From positions 5,280,001 through 5,344,000 of the forward strand of contig CBDCTK010000002.1 of NCBI GenBank assembly GCA_965222225.1: DNA of 64,000 nt, read 5' to 3'. Source of the stretch: Candidatus Poribacteria bacterium (lineage in GTDB: Bacteria > Poribacteria > WGA-4E > JAJDTR01). The notes below the pieces were generated by a model. It did not search any database, was not told where the DNA came from, and worked only from the letters and a program-made list of their open reading frames with translations. Position 1 is the first letter of the stretch, and each line of letters starts with the position of its first letter. This document shows, one piece after another, positions 59,680-64,000 of this stretch. Both the position numbers and the translations under genes were made by a program.

Positions 59680-59759
59680 GATTAACTGAGCGAATAGATC
59701 AAACGACTGAACAAGGAGTGTGATAGAGATTCCGAGGCGATAGCAATCCCATAGATATC
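59680..59759 (+). repeat. Nested cassette pair
   Basis: Outer GATTAACTGAGCGAATA | inner copy 59697-59733 | GAGGCGATAGCAATCC. Confidence 0.87.
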
Positions 59760-59813
59760 GGTAAAACCCAACTATCTACCATCGATAACGTAGGGACATG
59801 TGCTCAATCGAAT

Positions 59814-60461
59814 TTAAATCAGATGTAGCCAATCATGCAATAGAAAATCAACGCGCTGAATCAAGAGCGAAACACGCCCCATTACGGTATTGCCAAAAGC
59901 TGAGCCGAATCCGACCATGAGGAAGATAATCCCCACCTTTGAGATTCCACCAACAGCGCCCCGATGTTCAATTGAGAAGAAGAAGTATGTCAGCGTACAG
60001 ATTACGCCGACAAGCATCAAGATTACGCCGAAAATCTCAAAAGGCCCCAGAGCTCCGGCATGAATCTGCCCGAACGGCGTTAATGTGCCGTGCACCTGGC
60101 GGAAGATGCTAGTTTCCATAACATTGGGGATGGCTTGTCCTGAACTGATTCCGATAAGAATGGCGATCGGATATCGGATTAACCAACTGTACTTCGGAAC
60201 AAGACGAGCAAAGAACAGTAGGCCAATGGCAATCGGAATGAGTTTGAGAAGTCCCATGAATTCACGTTTCGTGACAGCTTCCCAGAACGGATCCCATGCA
60301 AACGGGATTAATCCTTGATGGATTGAGAACACAATTCCGTAGCCGACCGAGAGTCCTACAAAGAGATGTTCGGCGAAACGGTAAAATGGATTGTCACGAT
60401 AAAGAAAACTATAAATGCACAGCGTAAAAAATGCAGCGACCCAAATTCCAAGGACTTCCAC
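59814..60461 (-). CDS. Integral membrane protein of the DUF6754 operon
   Basis: YSFLYRDNPFYRFAEH, FGNTVMGR; about six TM segments; GGAGG RBS. Confidence 0.85.
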   Translation of the reverse strand: MEVLGIWVAAFFTLCIYSFLYRDNPFYRFAEHLFVGLSVGYGIVFSIHQGLIPFAWDPFWEAVTKREFMGLLKLIPIAIGLLFFARLVPKYSWLIRYPIAILIGISSGQAIPNVMETSIFRQVHGTLTPFGQIHAGALGPFEIFGVILMLVGVICTLTYFFFSIEHRGAVGGISKVGIIFLMVGFGSAFGNTVMGRVSLLIQRVDFLLHDWLHLI

Positions 60462-60473
60462 CTCGTAAACCTC

Positions 60474-61289
60474 CTATTGCGTCCTGCGTCGTTGGATAAA
60501 GAAGGCAACATTTCCTATAATGACCAAGGCGAAAACCAGCAGATGAACAAACGATTGGACACTCATTCCCGCCGTTGCTTTTTCAGGCGTGTCAATTAAC
60601 GTTTCATATTCGGCTGCACCCAAAAGCCCGGGCATCAACCCGACCAACTGCCCTGTTTGTATGTAGGGGTATAGCTCGGACACCATAACTCCTGTTACTC
60701 CAGCCGCTACTTGTTGTTTGTACTTGGCGTTCGTATAAGTAATCCATGCAACCGGCGTCGCCGACGAAGCCAAATCGAGGACCAGTGCAATTTGGTCATA
60801 ATTCTTTACTTCCTGCATCATCGGAATCTCCGACAACGGCTTTCCTTGATAATCAGCGCCAAAAACGCTGTCAATCGCTGACCCCATTCCGAGGATGACT
60901 TGTGTGCCGCCGGGCCGAAAACCGAGAAATACATAATCCTCTCCATCCACCGCTTCCATCTCCGCCGCGGTATTGCCCATGACCTTGTCCCCCAACCTGG
61001 CCCCAACGTTAAATAGTGTCATACCAATGATTCTAACATTTTTCCTGAAACAGTGCCGCAAAACCGCAGTCGCCATTGGTTCCAGCTCCGCGAGCGATGA
61101 AGGCCCATAATTGAACGCCATGAGAATTGTGGATTCGGCCGGCAGTTCATCTATATAGTCATATATGCTACGAGTAGGCTGCGAGACAGTAATGGGAAAA
61201 CTGACTCTCAAGAATGAAGGAATGATCACTGCTAACGCCACAAAGATAAAAATAATGCGCCGGTCAATCCCCATCAATATTTCTAGCAC
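60474..61289 (-). CDS. Membrane-anchored hypothetical protein of the DUF6754 operon
   Basis: DRRIIF, ELEPM, GLLGAAEYE; N- and C-terminal TM segments. Confidence 0.85.
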   Translation of the reverse strand: MLEILMGIDRRIIFIFVALAVIIPSFLRVSFPITVSQPTRSIYDYIDELPAESTILMAFNYGPSSLAELEPMATAVLRHCFRKNVRIIGMTLFNVGARLGDKVMGNTAAEMEAVDGEDYVFLGFRPGGTQVILGMGSAIDSVFGADYQGKPLSEIPMMQEVKNYDQIALVLDLASSATPVAWITYTNAKYKQQVAAGVTGVMVSELYPYIQTGQLVGLMPGLLGAAEYETLIDTPEKATAGMSVQSFVHLLVFALVIIGNVAFFIQRRRTQ

Positions 61290-61293
61290 GGCT

Positions 61294-61977
61294 TCAATCC
61301 CCTCCTCCTAGATAGGAGCGCTCGATTCCAAAGATAATCCGTATAGACTGAGAAATCACGCCAAGGCTTACGCCAAGAATTATTCCCCGTCGAGATGAGA
61401 GATTTGGATTATCCAAGATCCACTGTCTCGCCGTTGATGGGAAATAATCTCCTATAGGTATTGTCTTGATTACAGGTATCTTCTCGATCCAGACAGGAAT
61501 TGTCTTGTTCCAGATAAGATCGCCGATGGGAGCGTTGCCAATCATCACAATAAGCGCGGCGACAAGGAGAAGCGTAGCTTCAAGCGTGCGGGCGCGGAAA
61601 GCGCGGTACGAAGCTGATGCGATGAAAAATGCAAGCAGGGAAAACATCGTTGCTTCCATCGGCACTTGAACATTGTCGAAAAGCCATTCGAATACTTTGT
61701 CCTTGGGGCCATTGGGAAGTCCGAAAGCAACCATCACGATTATTCCGATGAAAACCAAGTAGCTATACTGCCAATGCTCAACACGCCGTTTTATTCGTAT
61801 CAAATGGTTATGTACAAGTGTAACTACGCCAATGACAAGTGCGAATGGACCGATAATCAGTGACCAGTTAATGATTTCTGCTCGCAGTCCTTCGGAAAAA
61901 GGGTGCGGACTAAACTCGACGAGCATCATCACAATGCCGAATAGGAAACACAGGATTAGCGGAACTTGTCGTCTCAT
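61294..61977 (-). CDS. Integral membrane protein of the DUF6754 operon
   Basis: TMFSLLAFFIASASYRAFRAR, GIERSYLG. Confidence 0.85.
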   Translation of the reverse strand: MRRQVPLILCFLFGIVMMLVEFSPHPFSEGLRAEIINWSLIIGPFALVIGVVTLVHNHLIRIKRRVEHWQYSYLVFIGIIVMVAFGLPNGPKDKVFEWLFDNVQVPMEATMFSLLAFFIASASYRAFRARTLEATLLLVAALIVMIGNAPIGDLIWNKTIPVWIEKIPVIKTIPIGDYFPSTARQWILDNPNLSSRRGIILGVSLGVISQSIRIIFGIERSYLGGGD

Positions 61978-62004
61978 AATACCTCAACGTGGTCAAATGT
62001 CCAA

Positions 62005-62934
62005 CTACTGAACTCCTCGAAAGAACGTAGACATCCAGGTGATTCCTGCCAGTTCCAAAATTACACCAAGGATAATGCCAGCGAACAGTATAATCTTCCC
62101 ATAATCTTGCCCTTTCAAACTGCCGAGCAACATGGGTTCGCGAGACAAATAGGCGCTCGCTGCGTAAAGCTCTTCGCCAATTAACGTATAGTCGCATGCT
62201 GTGATGAAAAATGGCAACTGTGAATCCGAGTCGCTTCCTGCTATCTGAATTGCGCCCACAGAATTTCCCGTCTCGGCAAGAATCAGTGATTCAGCATAGA
62301 AAGTGCCCTGCATAAACACGGCTGCTGGCTTCTCTCGCACCATCATTCCGTCTACCGCTGCCGCATAAGCGAATTGGCTCTCTGTGACAAAGAAAATGTT
62401 GTCTTCACTGTACGCATCAGGGCGCCCTTCACCAAGATAAGCGGCCTTCACCATCTCGCGAACAACATTCATTACAATCGGATCATTACACGGCACGCGA
62501 AGCGGCGTTTCGTAATCAGCCGTTTTTCTTGCAACTTGACTGAGAATGTTCATGCTCGCAATAGTTGCAACGTCACCGATGCCGCCTAATCCTAGGATGT
62601 ACAGTATTGGACGCCCCATTTCTGTTGATCTGCCAATGGCCTCGTCCACGGCCTCCAAACCGGCGATACGGCGAATAAAAATGTCGCCGCCGCCTCGCGC
62701 GTGATAGATAGAGTAGATGACAGCGACCGAGAAAAGGACAACCGATACAAAAATCCCGGTTTTTTCCACATCAAACCATTTCTGGAAGAACTGGAGTACC
62801 CATTTTAGAAAAAGCCATTGAAACCATTGGGTTCCTGTTGCTGCGGCTGTTTCTTGGGCGAACGCAAGATTGCCGCTGCAGCCAAGAATAACCACCAGAA
62901 GAACCAAAAGCGGTATCATTTTTTTTAAAATCAT
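62005..62934 (-). CDS. DUF6754 domain protein
   Basis: IRRIAGLEAVDEAIGRSTEMGRP, FYAESLILAETG, DYTLIGEELYAASAYL. Confidence 0.85.
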   Translation of the reverse strand: MILKKMIPLLVLLVVILGCSGNLAFAQETAAATGTQWFQWLFLKWVLQFFQKWFDVEKTGIFVSVVLFSVAVIYSIYHARGGGDIFIRRIAGLEAVDEAIGRSTEMGRPILYILGLGGIGDVATIASMNILSQVARKTADYETPLRVPCNDPIVMNVVREMVKAAYLGEGRPDAYSEDNIFFVTESQFAYAAAVDGMMVREKPAAVFMQGTFYAESLILAETGNSVGAIQIAGSDSDSQLPFFITACDYTLIGEELYAASAYLSREPMLLGSLKGQDYGKIILFAGIILGVILELAGITWMSTFFRGVQ

Positions 62935-63063
62935 TAAGAAGTTGTATCCTTTCACCTGCTCCAAACCGGGGGACAACCTATCACACCCTACATGATAATA
63001 CAAGGGAAAATAACCTGATAACTTTTATTTCTACGGGCGTTCTATTGCGTCAGAATGCGTGTC

Positions 63064-63621
63064 TCACCAGCGCATTGCCGCCTCGCGGTAGAGAAGGATT
63101 TGCTGCATATTTCGCGGAATGGTTAGCTGGATCGATTTACGCTTTCGATTGGCATCCTTTAGGATAATCGGTGTGCGAATCATATTGGTCATGGTTACCA
63201 GCTTTGATTGATAGAAAACCCAGAAGCGTTGTTCGGTGTAAGGATTGATGATATATTCCGAACCTGAAAACCGTTCGTGCTTTGGGTATTCTAGGGGAAT
63301 TGTCTTATCGTGTCCTTCTAAGAACAACTCGGACGGGGGCTCTTTCGGAGAGTAGCCACTCAATTTACAATTTCTTAAGCGAATCGGCATTCCGGATTTG
63401 TTAGTCAGATGGAGGGATACGACAATCGCCAACCTGTGGTTATCGTCGCGGTTGATAAACCATGTATCATCTTCGATGTTCTCGACAGTAAGTCCCGGAA
63501 TCTGCCGCTGACGATGATAAACTATGGCTAACACAACAAAACCCGCAAGCCCGGTCAGTGTCCACACCCCTGCCGATGTCGACAGGAATTGCTGCAACTC
63601 CTTCAATAGTTCCTGTAGCAC
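63064..63621 (-). CDS. Hypothetical single-TM protein
   Basis: AAGGAG RBS before GTG; N-terminal TM segment and beta-rich domain. Confidence 0.7.
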   Translation of the reverse strand: MLQELLKELQQFLSTSAGVWTLTGLAGFVVLAIVYHRQRQIPGLTVENIEDDTWFINRDDNHRLAIVVSLHLTNKSGMPIRLRNCKLSGYSPKEPPSELFLEGHDKTIPLEYPKHERFSGSEYIINPYTEQRFWVFYQSKLVTMTNMIRTPIILKDANRKRKSIQLTIPRNMQQILLYREAAMRW

Positions 63622-64000
63622 ATGCTCTCCTTTGTGCGAAAATCTGGGCACAATTATGTCATAGAAACCATGAAGGCGCAAGGAAATTCATCTTGCGCAC
63701 TGCCATCGTATATGATATTATCTTGCGTTCGTGCATTCGCTGTAGCCGTCAACAAAACCAAACGCAAAGATGTTTTGAACTGTAGCAGAATTGCAACCGA
63801 GCGGTTTCAAAAAGACTGCACAAACTCCTTCCATTTGCACTGTTGCCCGAGTTTTGAGTGCGCCATAGTTTAGCTGGCACAGTGTTTGCGCTCCGGTGAT
63901 TGGTTTTGATTGAAGTTAAATTCACAAAAACCTGAACCGTACATGTTCTGGAAGGAGACGAATTCATGTTTGTGCAAACACATCATACTTTCCCGGTAGT

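Noticed and set aside
133-63967. Numerous antisense or alternate-frame ORFs in the track
   Set aside because: They are shadows of well-supported genes.
1-64000. tRNA/rRNA genes, intact transposase, RAYT or reverse transcriptase
   Set aside because: None recognised by eye. No YxDD RT motif context or HUH-Y1 signature in the listed ORFs.

Overview
Bacterial chromosomal window of roughly 50% GC. Its gene content (PhyH dioxygenases, Ldh_2 paralogs, DUF5060 hydrolase, BKACE, NHL protein, Rpn remnant) resembles Candidatus Poribacteria; this assignment is an inference. It carries catabolic enzyme genes, housekeeping genes (uvrB, leuB, ltaE, lgt, pilD, dprA, moeB, sulfite reductase-TusA), an unusual UvrD/RecJ-like/DEDDh fusion, two decayed defence/TA islands and a DUF6754 membrane operon. 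The main unexplained signal is intergenic: a 36-37 nt cassette, GATCAA-NN-GA-NN-GAATA-NN-GA-NN-GCGATAG-N2/3-ATCC, with 13 uninterrupted and many interrupted or partial copies at about 11 loci. The cassette is hypervariable at fixed dinucleotide positions. It is inserted at REP/MITE hairpins, and an empty/filled site pair is visible at 1214-1300 vs 52963-53120. It also inserts into earlier copies of itself, nested up to four deep and once inverted, without target duplication, and lies almost always on the + strand. No enzyme that could make it is encoded in the window. A mutagenic reverse-transcriptase or HUH-transposase-linked system is a hypothesis only.
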